Source of the DNA: an uncultured Candidatus Saccharibacteria bacterium
GTDB lineage: Bacteria > Patescibacteriota > Minisyncoccia > Phycocordibacterales > Phycocordibacteraceae
Direction of reading: 5' to 3'
Assembly (NCBI GenBank): GCA_964634595.1
Contig: CAZWKU010000003.1
Location: 1-51,948, forward strand
DNA: 51,948 nucleotides
Part shown: positions 8,727-18,922 of the stretch, piece after piece
Layout of the letters: the number at the start of each line of letters is the position of its first letter
Position numbering within the stretch: the first letter of the stretch is position 1
Made by a program: the position numbers and the translations under genes
The notes under the pieces: generated by a model
Databases searched by the model: none
What the model saw: only the letters and a program-made list of their open reading frames with translations
Told to the model about the DNA's origin: nothing

Positions 8727-9745
8727 TCCGTCTGCATATCCCAGAGCCGCTCCCTCGCATGCACCTGGCACCCTGGTTTACTCCCATACCAGAGAATATG
8801 ACGTATCAAGAGAATCTCCCACCGAATTTTTTTGAAACTGAAGTAGCGCGGGTGCATGAGGCACAGGCTGCGCAGGCTATAGTGCTCCCCAATAACTTTC
8901 GGGTGCCGCTTACCGAGAATGTGCAGGCACATATTGCGCACTACGCGGCTCTGGGGGAGAGGGTAGGCACACCCGTAGTTGTTTTTTCACTTGGCGACCT
9001 CGCCGACCGCATTAGCTTTGATCCGCGGGTGTGGGTACTGCGCTACTCACTCTATAAACACAGCGCGAGTGCGCGCGACATCAGTATGCCAAATGTCGTT
9101 GCGCATGATTGGGGGGCCGCTCCTGCGGTACGGACAAAAAATGCAAAACCGCGAGTCTCGTTTTGTGGTTTAGCGCTCCCGCCCGCTGGTCTTGCGCGCC
9201 TCAAGTACCATGCCAAGAATACGTGGTATCAGCTCGGCGCTCTCGCTCATCCTGCCCTGCGCGCGCGAAAATCGGGCATATATTGGCGCAGGCGCGCTTT
9301 AGACGCCTGCGCAAACTCCTCGCTCCTTGAGACCAACTTTATTATCCGCAGCACGTTTTCGGGTAATTCTAAGACCATCGAGCGTGACCCTACTATCGTG
9401 CGTCGCGAGTTTATTTCGAGCATCGCTGATGCTGATTTCGTACTTGCCCCCAAGGGCGATGGGAATTTCTCTAACCGATTTCTCGAAGCGCTTGCGCTCG
9501 GGCGCATACCGGTGCTCATTGACACTGATGTGGTCTTGCCGCTTGAGAGCGTCATTGATTATTCGAAAATCACCGTGCGGGTGCCAATGGGCGAGGTGCA
9601 GAAAACATCCGAGTATACTCGCGCCTTTTATGACTCGCTCTCAAACGAGGAGTGGCAAGCGCGCCAACGCCTTGCTCGCGCGACTTTCGAAAAGTACCTC
9701 CGCCAAGACGCCTTTCTTCGCCACTTCTTCACCACCGTTTTGTAA
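8723..9745 (+). CDS. Exostosin-like (GT47) glycosyltransferase
   Basis: FVLAPKGDGNFSNRFLEALALGRIPVLIDTDVVLPLESVIDY matches the GT47 F.L.P.G....S.R..EAL..G.IPV motif. Confidence 0.8.
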   Translation: MIRLHIPEPLPRMHLAPWFTPIPENMTYQENLPPNFFETEVARVHEAQAAQAIVLPNNFRVPLTENVQAHIAHYAALGERVGTPVVVFSLGDLADRISFDPRVWVLRYSLYKHSASARDISMPNVVAHDWGAAPAVRTKNAKPRVSFCGLALPPAGLARLKYHAKNTWYQLGALAHPALRARKSGIYWRRRALDACANSSLLETNFIIRSTFSGNSKTIERDPTIVRREFISSIADADFVLAPKGDGNFSNRFLEALALGRIPVLIDTDVVLPLESVIDYSKITVRVPMGEVQKTSEYTRAFYDSLSNEEWQARQRLARATFEKYLRQDAFLRHFFTTVL

Positions 9746-9804
9746 AACTAGGTACGCAAACACCCCTCACTTAATAACTGGTTTTCGTATATACTGTTCA
9801 AAAC

Positions 9805-10821
9805 ATGAAGGATAAGCGCACTTACTTTATTACGGGTGTAGCAGGTTTTTTGGGGAGCCATTTGGCTGATCGCTTTTTGGCCGACGGGCACCGGGTTATC
9901 GGGTGCGATAATTTGGTGGGGGGCTACCTCGACAATGTACCGCCCGGAGTTGAGCTACATACTGCGGATATGTGCGACCGCGCAAGAATGCTTGAGATCA
10001 TGCGTGGGGTGGATGTGGTGTATCACACCGCCGCTTACGCCTACGAGGGCCTCTCTGTTTTTTCTCCCTACCTGGTGTCAAACAATATTTTCGGAGGTAC
10101 TATTTCGGTAGTCTCGGCCGCCATTTCAAACAAGGTGAAGCGCTTCGTGCACTGCTCTTCAATGGCACGGTACGGTACTCAACCAACGACTCCTTTTCAT
10201 GAAGAAATGGCGTGCCTCCCGCAAGACCCCTACGGTATCGCTAAGTATGCAGCCGAGCTCGCGATACGCAACCTCTGCGAGGTGCATGGTATGGAGTTTG
10301 TGATTGCCGTGCCCCACAATATTATCGGCCCCCGCCAAAAATATGATGACCCATTTCGCAACGTGGCGTCCATCATGATTAACCTCATGCTCCAAGGTCG
10401 CCAGCCAATTATTTATGGCGATGGCGAGCAGATGCGAACCTTCTCTTTTATTGATGATGTGGTTGGTCCGCTCGAAAAAATGGCCACTGATCCTAAGGTA
10501 GCGGGCCACATTATCAACATCGGCCCAGATGACGAGTTTGTTACCATCAACAAGCTCGCAAAGATAATTGCCGAGCTTCTCGATTTCAAGCTCGCGCCAA
10601 TCTATATGCCGGGTCGCCCCCAGGAGGTCAAACATGCAACCTGTAGTGCTAACAAAGCGCGCGAGTTTCTCGATTATGAGCCCAAAACGCCGCTCAAGCA
10701 GGGGCTCCAGAGCATGATCGAGTATATTCGCACGCGAGGGGTAAAGCCGTTTCACTACCACCTCGAGCTCGAGATAGTAACTGACAAGACCCCGCGCACC
10801 TGGAAGGATCGCCTCTTTTAG
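9805..10821 (+). CDS. NAD-dependent nucleotide-sugar epimerase/dehydratase (extended SDR)
   Basis: [12 protein letters not shown]; YGIAK (YxxxK); HNIIGPRQ. Confidence 0.92.
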   Translation: MKDKRTYFITGVAGFLGSHLADRFLADGHRVIGCDNLVGGYLDNVPPGVELHTADMCDRARMLEIMRGVDVVYHTAAYAYEGLSVFSPYLVSNNIFGGTISVVSAAISNKVKRFVHCSSMARYGTQPTTPFHEEMACLPQDPYGIAKYAAELAIRNLCEVHGMEFVIAVPHNIIGPRQKYDDPFRNVASIMINLMLQGRQPIIYGDGEQMRTFSFIDDVVGPLEKMATDPKVAGHIINIGPDDEFVTINKLAKIIAELLDFKLAPIYMPGRPQEVKHATCSANKAREFLDYEPKTPLKQGLQSMIEYIRTRGVKPFHYHLELEIVTDKTPRTWKDRLF

Positions 10822-10822
10822 T

Positions 10823-11542
10823 ATGTACTTAGGTAAAAAAGTCAGCTTAGTCTTTCCGGTCTACAACGAAAAGGAGAATATTAAAAATGCCATTGAAGAG
10901 TTTTTGCGCCACCCAGCCGTCGACGAGGTTGTCGCCGTCGATAACAATTCAAATGATGGGAGTGACCGAGAGATCAGTAAGACTTCAGCACGATACGTAA
11001 AGGAAACGATACAAGGATACGGTGCGGCACTCCAGCGGGGTATGCGTGAGGCAACGGGCGACCTTATTGTTACCTGTGAGCCAGATGGCACTTTTCGCGC
11101 TCGCGACCTAGATAGGCTCCTCGTGTACAGCCAAGACTATGATGTGGTACTTGGTACACGCACCTCACGCAACCCGGTATGGGGTAGCGGAGACTCGGGC
11201 GTTAATATGGGTTTTATTATTCGCATCGGCAATTGGGCAGTCGCAAAGCTCCTCGAATATCTTTTTAATGGCCCTTCATTTACCGATGTGGGGTGCACCT
11301 ACAAACTTATTCATCGCATTGCCTATGAAAAGATCAAGAGCACCTTCACGGTTACGGGCAACTGGTTCTCGCCCGAATATATGATTCGGGTGTTGCAAAA
11401 CGATCTCTCGGTAGTCGAAATACCGGTTCAGTATGGTGCGCGCATTGGGACCTCAAAAATAACCGGCAAGCTCTCAAGTGCACTCAAGCTGGGGTTTCGC
11501 ATGATCTGGTTCATTGTGGTTGAGCGAGTCAGGTCATGGTAA
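10823..11542 (+). CDS. GT2 glycosyltransferase, probable polyprenyl-phosphate glycosyltransferase
   Basis: VFPVYNEKENI; VDNNSNDGS; QGYGAALQRG; TDVGCTYKL; EIPVQYGARIGTSKI. Confidence 0.88.
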   Translation: MYLGKKVSLVFPVYNEKENIKNAIEEFLRHPAVDEVVAVDNNSNDGSDREISKTSARYVKETIQGYGAALQRGMREATGDLIVTCEPDGTFRARDLDRLLVYSQDYDVVLGTRTSRNPVWGSGDSGVNMGFIIRIGNWAVAKLLEYLFNGPSFTDVGCTYKLIHRIAYEKIKSTFTVTGNWFSPEYMIRVLQNDLSVVEIPVQYGARIGTSKITGKLSSALKLGFRMIWFIVVERVRSW

Positions 11543-13284
11543 AGCCCTACACGGCTTTGGTAGTGATTGTTTTGATCCTCACCCTTTTACCTGCGTTCAG
11601 TATTTGGGTGCTTGTGGGTGATGCGTGGCTGGGTATTGTGCCCCCCTTTACTGACGAGGCTCTGTATCAGACGCGGGTACAGACAGTTGTGCATGGGCAT
11701 TTTTCAGGCGGCAACCCATACTTTCTTGAGCACACCGATGATCCGCCACTCGTGCTTTTTGGCGGGGCATGGCTCAATGCTGTTCCTCAGCTCCTTGGTC
11801 TCTCACTCATCCCTTCGCTTGCTCTCAATTTTGTCTTTTGGAGTTTACTTTTTGCGACTGCGGCATATTTCTTACTTCGTGAACTGCGTATATCCCCATG
11901 GCTCTCGGTCGCAACAACAGTATTTTTATATATAGAATCATATTCGCACATATGGCGCTCGGCGAATCTTCAGACGGTATACCCCTTTTATTTTTTATTT
12001 TATTTCGTACTCCTGCGGCTCATTCGTGAACCGAATCGTTTCAACATCGTATCTCTCGGTTTAATAACGGGCGTAACGTTTTATCTATTTACATTTCTCT
12101 GGCAGGTAGCCGTGGTTACGCTCGGGCTCTTATTTTTGTACGCGCTCGCACTTCGCAATTGGCCACTACTTAAAGCAACCTCTCTTACTGGTCTTGTAGG
12201 CGGTACGATAGGGTTGCCGGTGCCGCTCTATATATTTTGGCTTTCGCATGCTTCGCCCTATTTTTGGGAGAGCTTGGGGCGCCTCGGGCTTGTTAACACG
12301 CATTTACCCATGGCCGAGGTTATCTACTCGGGTGGGTGGATTGGCCTTACCCTCGCACTCCTCGCACTTCTGTGGTGGCGCATACCCTCGTTACGAGGAG
12401 ACCATGATGCACGTGTTGCTACCTCTTTTCTTTTCATCAGTGGGTTCGGCCTTTGGGTCATGCAGGGGAGCAATCTCATTACCGGCAAACTTACTGAGAC
12501 AGGGGAGCATATAAGCATTTTGCTCCAGCCATGGCTTGTTGTAGCTCTGGTAACTACGAGCATCCTCGCGTGGCAGTGGCGCGCCCATGTTGCGTTGCAG
12601 ATGCGATGGGTAGTTGGCGTGATACTCGCGATACTTCTTGGGGTAAGTGTGCACTATGCATACGATCGCTTCATTTATTTCTTGCCTCTCGAAGCGAATC
12701 GAGAGCCGTGGCAAACAGCACAGCTCTATGCAGGGCCGTATGCGTGGCTTGAAACGCACGAGCCAGAGCCAGTGGTGGTGTGGAGTAACCCTGGTCATTA
12801 TTTTGCAACAGTGCTCCCTCTCTGGACCAAGCATTTCACGCTCTTTGCATTTTGGGGCGTGTTGAACCTTATGCCCGAGGTAGAGGTACGTGAGCGGTAC
12901 CTCATCTCGCAATATTTTAATGACCCCACCGCTGAAGATTTGAAGCGCGATCTTGCAAAATACGCAGGGCGCGCAGAGGCATTTCATAACGCGAAAACGC
13001 TCGAGCGGGGCATTAAGATTTGCCGCATACGGTATGCGTGGAGCCCGACCCATGATTGTGGGACACCGCAAACCCCGGTTGAGCTTCTGGGCGATGAGTT
13101 TTTCGCGAAGCTCGAGAAGGCCTTTGCCACTGAAATCAAGCCAAACATCAAAAGATATCTTGCAAAATATCAGGTCAAGTATCTGTTGAGAGATAAAGTG
13201 CTCGATCTTGACTATAAGCCTCTTGCGCTCAAAGCCTCGCTCGTATACGAAGACGAGCGCTATGAGCTCTATCGCTTGCCATGA
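11536..13284 (+). CDS. Multi-pass membrane protein, GT-C-like, with C-terminal extracytoplasmic domain
   Basis: Many hydrophobic segments; acidic TDEALY in the first loop; lies next to GT2 and GtrA. Confidence 0.6.
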   Translation: MVKPYTALVVIVLILTLLPAFSIWVLVGDAWLGIVPPFTDEALYQTRVQTVVHGHFSGGNPYFLEHTDDPPLVLFGGAWLNAVPQLLGLSLIPSLALNFVFWSLLFATAAYFLLRELRISPWLSVATTVFLYIESYSHIWRSANLQTVYPFYFLFYFVLLRLIREPNRFNIVSLGLITGVTFYLFTFLWQVAVVTLGLLFLYALALRNWPLLKATSLTGLVGGTIGLPVPLYIFWLSHASPYFWESLGRLGLVNTHLPMAEVIYSGGWIGLTLALLALLWWRIPSLRGDHDARVATSFLFISGFGLWVMQGSNLITGKLTETGEHISILLQPWLVVALVTTSILAWQWRAHVALQMRWVVGVILAILLGVSVHYAYDRFIYFLPLEANREPWQTAQLYAGPYAWLETHEPEPVVVWSNPGHYFATVLPLWTKHFTLFAFWGVLNLMPEVEVRERYLISQYFNDPTAEDLKRDLAKYAGRAEAFHNAKTLERGIKICRIRYAWSPTHDCGTPQTPVELLGDEFFAKLEKAFATEIKPNIKRYLAKYQVKYLLRDKVLDLDYKPLALKASLVYEDERYELYRLP

Positions 13285-14681
13285 CACCCAAACGCGCTCT
13301 CATTATCTTGGCTATCCTCCTAGTTTCGTTTTATACGACCTACCACCTTTTTGATAGCCCAGAACCGTGGATGGACGAGGGGCTAATTATTCAGTCTGCG
13401 ATGGGTCTCCTTGAGACGGGGCGATCAGCTCTACCTGTAGCGCCCGGTGTCTATGAGCCTGCGTGGTACATCACGACTGGATTCCCGCTCACCCTACCGC
13501 TGGCCCTGGCATTTGGAGTTTTTGGCGTTTCGTTAGAAACCGCGCGCGTTACTATGGCGCTATTTATTTTTTGCTTTTTCATCGCCCTCTTTTTTTATGC
13601 GCGAAGGGCAATAGGGGGGAACGCCGCATGGCTCGGGTTTTTTCTTATCGTTTTTTTTGGGCCGGTGTATGGACACGGGCGCAATGTGCTTGGTGAAGTG
13701 CCAGGGTTGCTCTGTATCTTACTCGCACTGCTCCCCCTGGTGCGGGGCGGTGTGTTAACCCCAAAGCGTGCATTTGTTGCAGGCCTTGGCGCAGGGCTTG
13801 CCGCCGCGGCAAAACCCATTTTCATTCTATTTCTACCCGCGCTACTCATAGCTCTATTGCTCCGACGCAAAGAGCTTGAGCTCCACAAGGTCTTTCTCTA
13901 TGGCCTGTGCGGCGTGCTCGCGCCTATGCTGTTTTGGCTCGTAACGCAATTTGGGACCATTGATCTAGCGCTCGTGCTCGCCGTGTACGCCAACCCTCAC
14001 GAACTAGCTATTGGGGATGCTATTACAGGCAATCTTGTACGCTATGTTACCGAGGCTGGCCCCTTCTATTTTATCGCCGCGCTTTTTGCTTGGGTTGTGA
14101 GTTATGGGGTGCGGCGCATGCGGCGAGAGACAGTCTCGCTTACTGAAGAAGCATTGCTCATATTCTCCCTCCTTATATCTCTCGCATTTTTGCGCAGTGC
14201 TGGGTACTATCGCTATTTTTTCCCGGCCCAAGTTTTCGCGCTTCTGTACCTACCCCGTGCTTTATGGTATCTCGCTTCTCTCAAGGGGAGATTTGCACAG
14301 CATGCCGCTGTTGCACTCGTGACCGCGCTTCTTATCTTTCAGATGTACGAGACCAGTTTTCGCTCGTGGACGGCAACACACTATAGCGCTCTGCGTACCG
14401 AAGCACTCACCACATTTGCTCATGGCCTTGATAGCGGTGAGGAGCTTTTTGTGTACCAAGCGCCCGAGGTCATGCCATTTGTAGTGGGGCATCTGGCGTA
14501 CCAGTTTGTCTACATTACCCCCTCGCTTGTCGCAGGGAGCGCGTATGCCTCACAGGTACACGAGGGACGCGCGAAGCGTGTTATAACGCCAGCCGAGTTT
14601 TACGCTAAGCACCAAGATGATATTTTTGCACACTACACAATGTCAGTCGCGTTCGATAACTATGTAATACTTACTCCCTGA
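13281..14681 (+). CDS. GT-C glycosyltransferase (ArnT/PMT-like)
   Basis: PWMDEGLIIQSA first-loop DE motif; many TM helices; GEVPG; AAAAKP. Confidence 0.75.
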   Translation: MTPKRALIILAILLVSFYTTYHLFDSPEPWMDEGLIIQSAMGLLETGRSALPVAPGVYEPAWYITTGFPLTLPLALAFGVFGVSLETARVTMALFIFCFFIALFFYARRAIGGNAAWLGFFLIVFFGPVYGHGRNVLGEVPGLLCILLALLPLVRGGVLTPKRAFVAGLGAGLAAAAKPIFILFLPALLIALLLRRKELELHKVFLYGLCGVLAPMLFWLVTQFGTIDLALVLAVYANPHELAIGDAITGNLVRYVTEAGPFYFIAALFAWVVSYGVRRMRRETVSLTEEALLIFSLLISLAFLRSAGYYRYFFPAQVFALLYLPRALWYLASLKGRFAQHAAVALVTALLIFQMYETSFRSWTATHYSALRTEALTTFAHGLDSGEELFVYQAPEVMPFVVGHLAYQFVYITPSLVAGSAYASQVHEGRAKRVITPAEFYAKHQDDIFAHYTMSVAFDNYVILTP

Positions 14682-14692
14682 CCACTTCAAAC

Positions 14693-15181
14693 ATGCAGGC
14701 TGATACATTTTCTTTCAAAATAGTAGTGGCCGCACTACGTCGACATTTTTGGCTCCTTGCTCGCTATAGCATTGCCGGCCTCATTGGTACCAGTGTCCAG
14801 ACACTCTCTCTGTACACGTATGTCACGGTGCTTGGTTACCAAGGGACCTATCTTGTAGGAGCAGGGATTGCTTTTGTGCTTGCTTTGACACTCACGTTTA
14901 CCTTACAAAAATTCTGGACCTTTCGTGACCACGCGCTCCATCGTGCGAAAGAGCAGTTTTATTTCTACACGGCCGTTGCGGTAGTGAACCTCACTCTCAA
15001 CCTCGGGTTGCTTGCCTTTGCAAAAGAGGTTGCCACCTACGCCGGGCTCGATTTCTTTTCAGGTTGGTATGTTATAGCGCAGATAGCAATATCGCTATGT
15101 GCTGCAGCAGTGAGCTTTGCCCTTAACTTTTTGTTCACGTTTCGCCACGCCCGCCCCTCGCTGTCTGAATCTAGTGCCTAG
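14693..15181 (+). CDS. GtrA-like polyprenyl-phosphate-sugar translocase
   Basis: RYSIAGLIGT...FTLQKFWTFRD; four TM helices. Confidence 0.85.
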   Translation: MQADTFSFKIVVAALRRHFWLLARYSIAGLIGTSVQTLSLYTYVTVLGYQGTYLVGAGIAFVLALTLTFTLQKFWTFRDHALHRAKEQFYFYTAVAVVNLTLNLGLLAFAKEVATYAGLDFFSGWYVIAQIAISLCAAAVSFALNFLFTFRHARPSLSESSA

Positions 15182-15218
15182 TTCTCTTTTAGAGCCTTTT
15201 TTGCTAGGATACACGCGC

Positions 15219-16253
15219 ATGAAAAGAGCACTTATTACGGGCATCACGGGACAAGACGGTTCGTATTTGACTGAATTTCTGCTTGATAAAGGGTACGAGG
15301 TGCATGGGCTCGTGCGTCGCTCAAGCCGCGACCCCTTAACTCGTCTCCATGCGCACAAGCACAGAGTCACGATTCACTATGGTGACCTGCGAGACATTGG
15401 TACGCTTGAGCGGGCGATCGTGAAGAGCAACCCTCATGAGATTTATAATCTTGCCGCACAGTCTGATGTCGGCATATCGTTTCTTTGCCCTGAAGAGACG
15501 CACGAGATTAACTATGCGGGAGTGGGGCGCTTGGTGCACGCTGTACTCGCGCATAACCCAAAGATACGCATCTACCACGCTTCGACTTCAGAGATGTTTG
15601 GCGCAACCCGCCCACCACAAAACGAGCGGTCAGAGTTTCAGCCTGTCTCGCCCTATGGTGTCGCCAAGCACAAAGCGCACGACGATTATGTGCTGGGATA
15701 TCGCAAGAAGCATGGCCTGTATATTTGCTCGGGCATTCTTTTTAATCATGAGAGCCCGCGGCGCGGTGCGCACTTTGTAACGCGTAAAATAACGCTCTCG
15801 CTCGCCAAGATGCGCGCTGGCCTCCAAGAGAAAATTGAATTAGGGAATTTGAATGCGAAGCGTGATTGGGGCTACGCGGGTGACTATGTCAAAGCAATGT
15901 GGCTCATGCTGCAGCAAAAAAAGCCTGATGATTTTGTTATCGCTACGGGTGTTCATCACACGGTACGAGAATTTGTCGAGGCGGCGGCGCGTGCTACGGG
16001 TATGAAAATCTCGTGGGAGGGTAAGGGGGTACATGAAGTGGGTCGCGATCAGCATGGTATCGTACGAATAGTGGTTAACCCAAAGTATTATCGACCGAGA
16101 GAGGTGCATAGTTTGCTCGGGGATGCGTCGCGAGCGCGGCGTATTCTTAAGTGGCAACCAGAGGTCTCGTTTGATGATCTTGTGCGTATGATGGTCGAGG
16201 CTGATTTGCGAGCGGTTACCCGTGGAGCGTGGGAACATGCAAGCGCCGGGTAA
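15219..16253 (+). CDS. gmd: GDP-mannose 4,6-dehydratase
   Basis: MKRALITGITGQDGSYLTEFLLDKGYEVHGLVRR; YNLAAQS; ASTSEMFG; SPYGVAK; GILFNHESPRRG; LGNLNAKRDWG. Confidence 0.96.
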   Translation: MKRALITGITGQDGSYLTEFLLDKGYEVHGLVRRSSRDPLTRLHAHKHRVTIHYGDLRDIGTLERAIVKSNPHEIYNLAAQSDVGISFLCPEETHEINYAGVGRLVHAVLAHNPKIRIYHASTSEMFGATRPPQNERSEFQPVSPYGVAKHKAHDDYVLGYRKKHGLYICSGILFNHESPRRGAHFVTRKITLSLAKMRAGLQEKIELGNLNAKRDWGYAGDYVKAMWLMLQQKKPDDFVIATGVHHTVREFVEAAARATGMKISWEGKGVHEVGRDQHGIVRIVVNPKYYRPREVHSLLGDASRARRILKWQPEVSFDDLVRMMVEADLRAVTRGAWEHASAG

Positions 16254-16953
16254 GACAGTAGTGTTGATCCCCACCTACAATGAGCGCGAGAATATCGCGT
16301 ACATGGTTGCGGGCATCAGCGCCTCATTGCCTGAGGCTTCAATTATTGTGCTCGATGATAATTCACCTGACGGTACAGGTGAGGAGGTGCGTACACTGCA
16401 AAAAACCTACCCGCAGGTGGTACTGCGTTCGCGCCCGGGCAAGCAGGGCCTTGGGCGGGCGTACTTAGACGGGTTTCGAGCGGTGCTCGCAGAGCCACAG
16501 GTCGAGAGGGTTATTATGATGGATGCTGATGGTTCACATGCTCCTGAATATCTCCCGGCGCTCATAGCCGCGAGTGCGGACGCAGACCTTGTGGTTGGTT
16601 CGCGCTACGTAAGGGGCGGCGGCATTGAGAATTGGGAGCCCTGGCGCTACCTCTTGTCTCGCTACGGTAATTTTTATGCGCGTATGGTTACGGGGCTCCC
16701 CCTGAGAGACCTTACCGCGGGGTTCATGTGCCTTAGGGTGAGTCTCTTGCGCTCCCTCGATCTGAATCGTCTCGGCGCTTCAGGTTATGCATTTCTCATG
16801 GAGCTCAAGTTTTGCGCCGTGCATAAAGGTCATGCTAGCGTCGCCGAAGTGCCGATCATATTTAAAGTACGTCGGGGAGGAGAGTCTAAAATCTCGAGTC
16901 ATATTATTCGTGAAGGCTTGCTCGCTCCATGGAAACTGCGGTTCAAAAAGTGA
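16237..16953 (+). CDS. Polyprenol-monophosphomannose synthase-like GT2
   Basis: IPTYNEREN; DDNSPDGTG; GLGRAYLDGF; MDADGSH; DLTAGF; EVPIIFKVRRGGESK. Confidence 0.9.
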   Translation: MQAPGKTVVLIPTYNERENIAYMVAGISASLPEASIIVLDDNSPDGTGEEVRTLQKTYPQVVLRSRPGKQGLGRAYLDGFRAVLAEPQVERVIMMDADGSHAPEYLPALIAASADADLVVGSRYVRGGGIENWEPWRYLLSRYGNFYARMVTGLPLRDLTAGFMCLRVSLLRSLDLNRLGASGYAFLMELKFCAVHKGHASVAEVPIIFKVRRGGESKISSHIIREGLLAPWKLRFKK

Positions 16954-17804
16954 CGTGCCCAATATGTGATGAGGTGGGTGAAAGGCTATGGAGGAAAGAA
17001 GGGTACTTCGTTTCGCGCTGTACGCACTGCAAGACGCTTTTTGTAGAGAATCCGCCTCCCGACACGTCATTTCTCTACGACGAGAGTTATTTTTTTAGCG
17101 GGGAGCGGGGCGGGGGTTACGGCTCCTATGACGAAGAGAAAGAGGCAATGCGCGGTACATTCGAAAAATGTCTCGATCACATTGCTCGAGAAGCACCGCA
17201 GGGGACTCTGTTCGATATCGGAGCGGCGACCGGCTACTTTTTGGCGCTTGCGAGGGCGCGCGGGTACCGTGTCGCAGGAGTTGATATTTCAGAAGCGGCG
17301 TCGCGAGAAGCACAGAAAAAGGGGATTCAGGTCTGGAGTGGCTCTCTCGCAACTATGCCGCCGTCGCAAGAGTTATACAATATTGTGACCGCCTTTGACG
17401 TTCTCGAGCATGTGGCTCACCCTCGCGAGATGCTTCAACAGGTTCACACTATCCTTGCAAAAGATGGTGTGGTGTTTGGGAGTACGCCTGATAGTGGCAG
17501 TTTTACCGCACGGCTCTTAGGTAAGCGCTGGCACCTCTTGTGCCCGCCAGAGCACCTCGCGCTCATGAACGACGCGAGTTTAAGAGATGCGCTCACGAGC
17601 GAGGGGTTCGAGGTGCTCTGGACAGGGCGCATCATCAAACGATTCAGCCCCCCCTACATCCTCCAAACTGCATCGCGCTGGCTCAAACTCCCATTCTTGG
17701 GCCGTCTTGGCCGTAAGCTTCGCGGTACAACAGTCGCACGGCTCGCCATACCTCTTGACCTGCGCGATAACGTATTTTTCATGGCACGCAAGCTACCCTC
17801 ATGA
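16950..17804 (+). CDS. Class I SAM-dependent methyltransferase with N-terminal Zn ribbon
   Basis: CPIC..RCTHC; FDIGAATGYFL; FDVLEHV; GTG start overlapping the upstream TGA (start uncertain). Confidence 0.85.
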   Translation: MTCPICDEVGERLWRKEGYFVSRCTHCKTLFVENPPPDTSFLYDESYFFSGERGGGYGSYDEEKEAMRGTFEKCLDHIAREAPQGTLFDIGAATGYFLALARARGYRVAGVDISEAASREAQKKGIQVWSGSLATMPPSQELYNIVTAFDVLEHVAHPREMLQQVHTILAKDGVVFGSTPDSGSFTARLLGKRWHLLCPPEHLALMNDASLRDALTSEGFEVLWTGRIIKRFSPPYILQTASRWLKLPFLGRLGRKLRGTTVARLAIPLDLRDNVFFMARKLPS

Positions 17805-18922
17805 AGATGTACTACATTGCAAATGTGCGGATGCCAAACGAAAAGGCACATGGTATCCAGATAGCGAAGATGTGCGAGGCGTTTATTGCTTCGGGTGTTG
17901 ACCTCACTTTAGTTGTCTCATCGCGCGGCTCGGGTAGCTTGAAGGCGTTCTATGGTCTTACTGAGGACATACCGACCGTGCGTTTGTCGGTGTTTGACTT
18001 GCAGTTTCTCGGCCGAGTAGGGTATTGGCTCACCGCACTTCAATTTAGTATCCGCGCGCTTCTATACTTGTGGTCCAAAGTGCTCAGAGGAGAGTTGTTT
18101 TGTACCTACACCATCGATATGGACAACTTTTCATTTGCGTTCTATGCACTGGTGCCGCGGCCACTGATCGCCGAGATGCATAGCCCAAAAAAATATTCGT
18201 GGCTCACGCGCCCCTTTTTCAAACACGCCAAGATTATTGCCACCAATGCGCTCATAGCAAAAGATTTGGCAGAAACTTTTTGTATTCATTCGGGGCGGAT
18301 GCTTGTCGAGCCAAACGGTGTTGATGAAAAAGTGTTTACACTATCTCTTACGCAACATGAAGCGCGAAAGCGTCTTAATCTCCCCGATGAGCCTTTTGCG
18401 CTCTATGTTGGGCGTATCTATGGCTGGAAGGGGTTGGGCATCTTGGCAGATGCCGCTCACGAAGCGCCCCTGCCCATACTCCTCGTAGGTGGTACCCGCG
18501 AAGAGTATGAGCGTATCACCAATAAGGATGTTGGGGATGTGCGCTGTATTGGTGTGAGGCCTAGTACCGAGATCCCGCTCTGGCTGGCGGCGGCAGATAT
18601 TTTATTGGTGCTTGGTACTCGAGAAAACGAAGAATCTTTTCGCCATACTTCGCCCATGAAATTATTTGAATACTTAGCGGCCCGGCGCCCTGTGGTGGCA
18701 TCAAGAACACCCGCTAACACAAGTATCTTGCCTGAAGATGCTGTTTTTTGGTATGCACCAGACGATGCGCAAGCGCTTCTCGCCGCTCTGAAAGAGGCGA
18801 GGGAGAGCTCGCGTGCCGCTACTAAGGTTGAGGCTGGGTATCGCAGTGCACAAGAGCACACCTGGCGCGCGCGAGCGAGGCGCATCCTCGCGTTCTCATC
18901 GCATGATACTCTCATACCATGA
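17801..18922 (+). CDS. Glycosyltransferase family 4
   Basis: RMPNEKAHGIQIAKMCEAF; HTSPMKLFEYLAARRPVVAS. Confidence 0.9.
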   Translation: MKMYYIANVRMPNEKAHGIQIAKMCEAFIASGVDLTLVVSSRGSGSLKAFYGLTEDIPTVRLSVFDLQFLGRVGYWLTALQFSIRALLYLWSKVLRGELFCTYTIDMDNFSFAFYALVPRPLIAEMHSPKKYSWLTRPFFKHAKIIATNALIAKDLAETFCIHSGRMLVEPNGVDEKVFTLSLTQHEARKRLNLPDEPFALYVGRIYGWKGLGILADAAHEAPLPILLVGGTREEYERITNKDVGDVRCIGVRPSTEIPLWLAAADILLVLGTRENEESFRHTSPMKLFEYLAARRPVVASRTPANTSILPEDAVFWYAPDDAQALLAALKEARESSRAATKVEAGYRSAQEHTWRARARRILAFSSHDTLIP

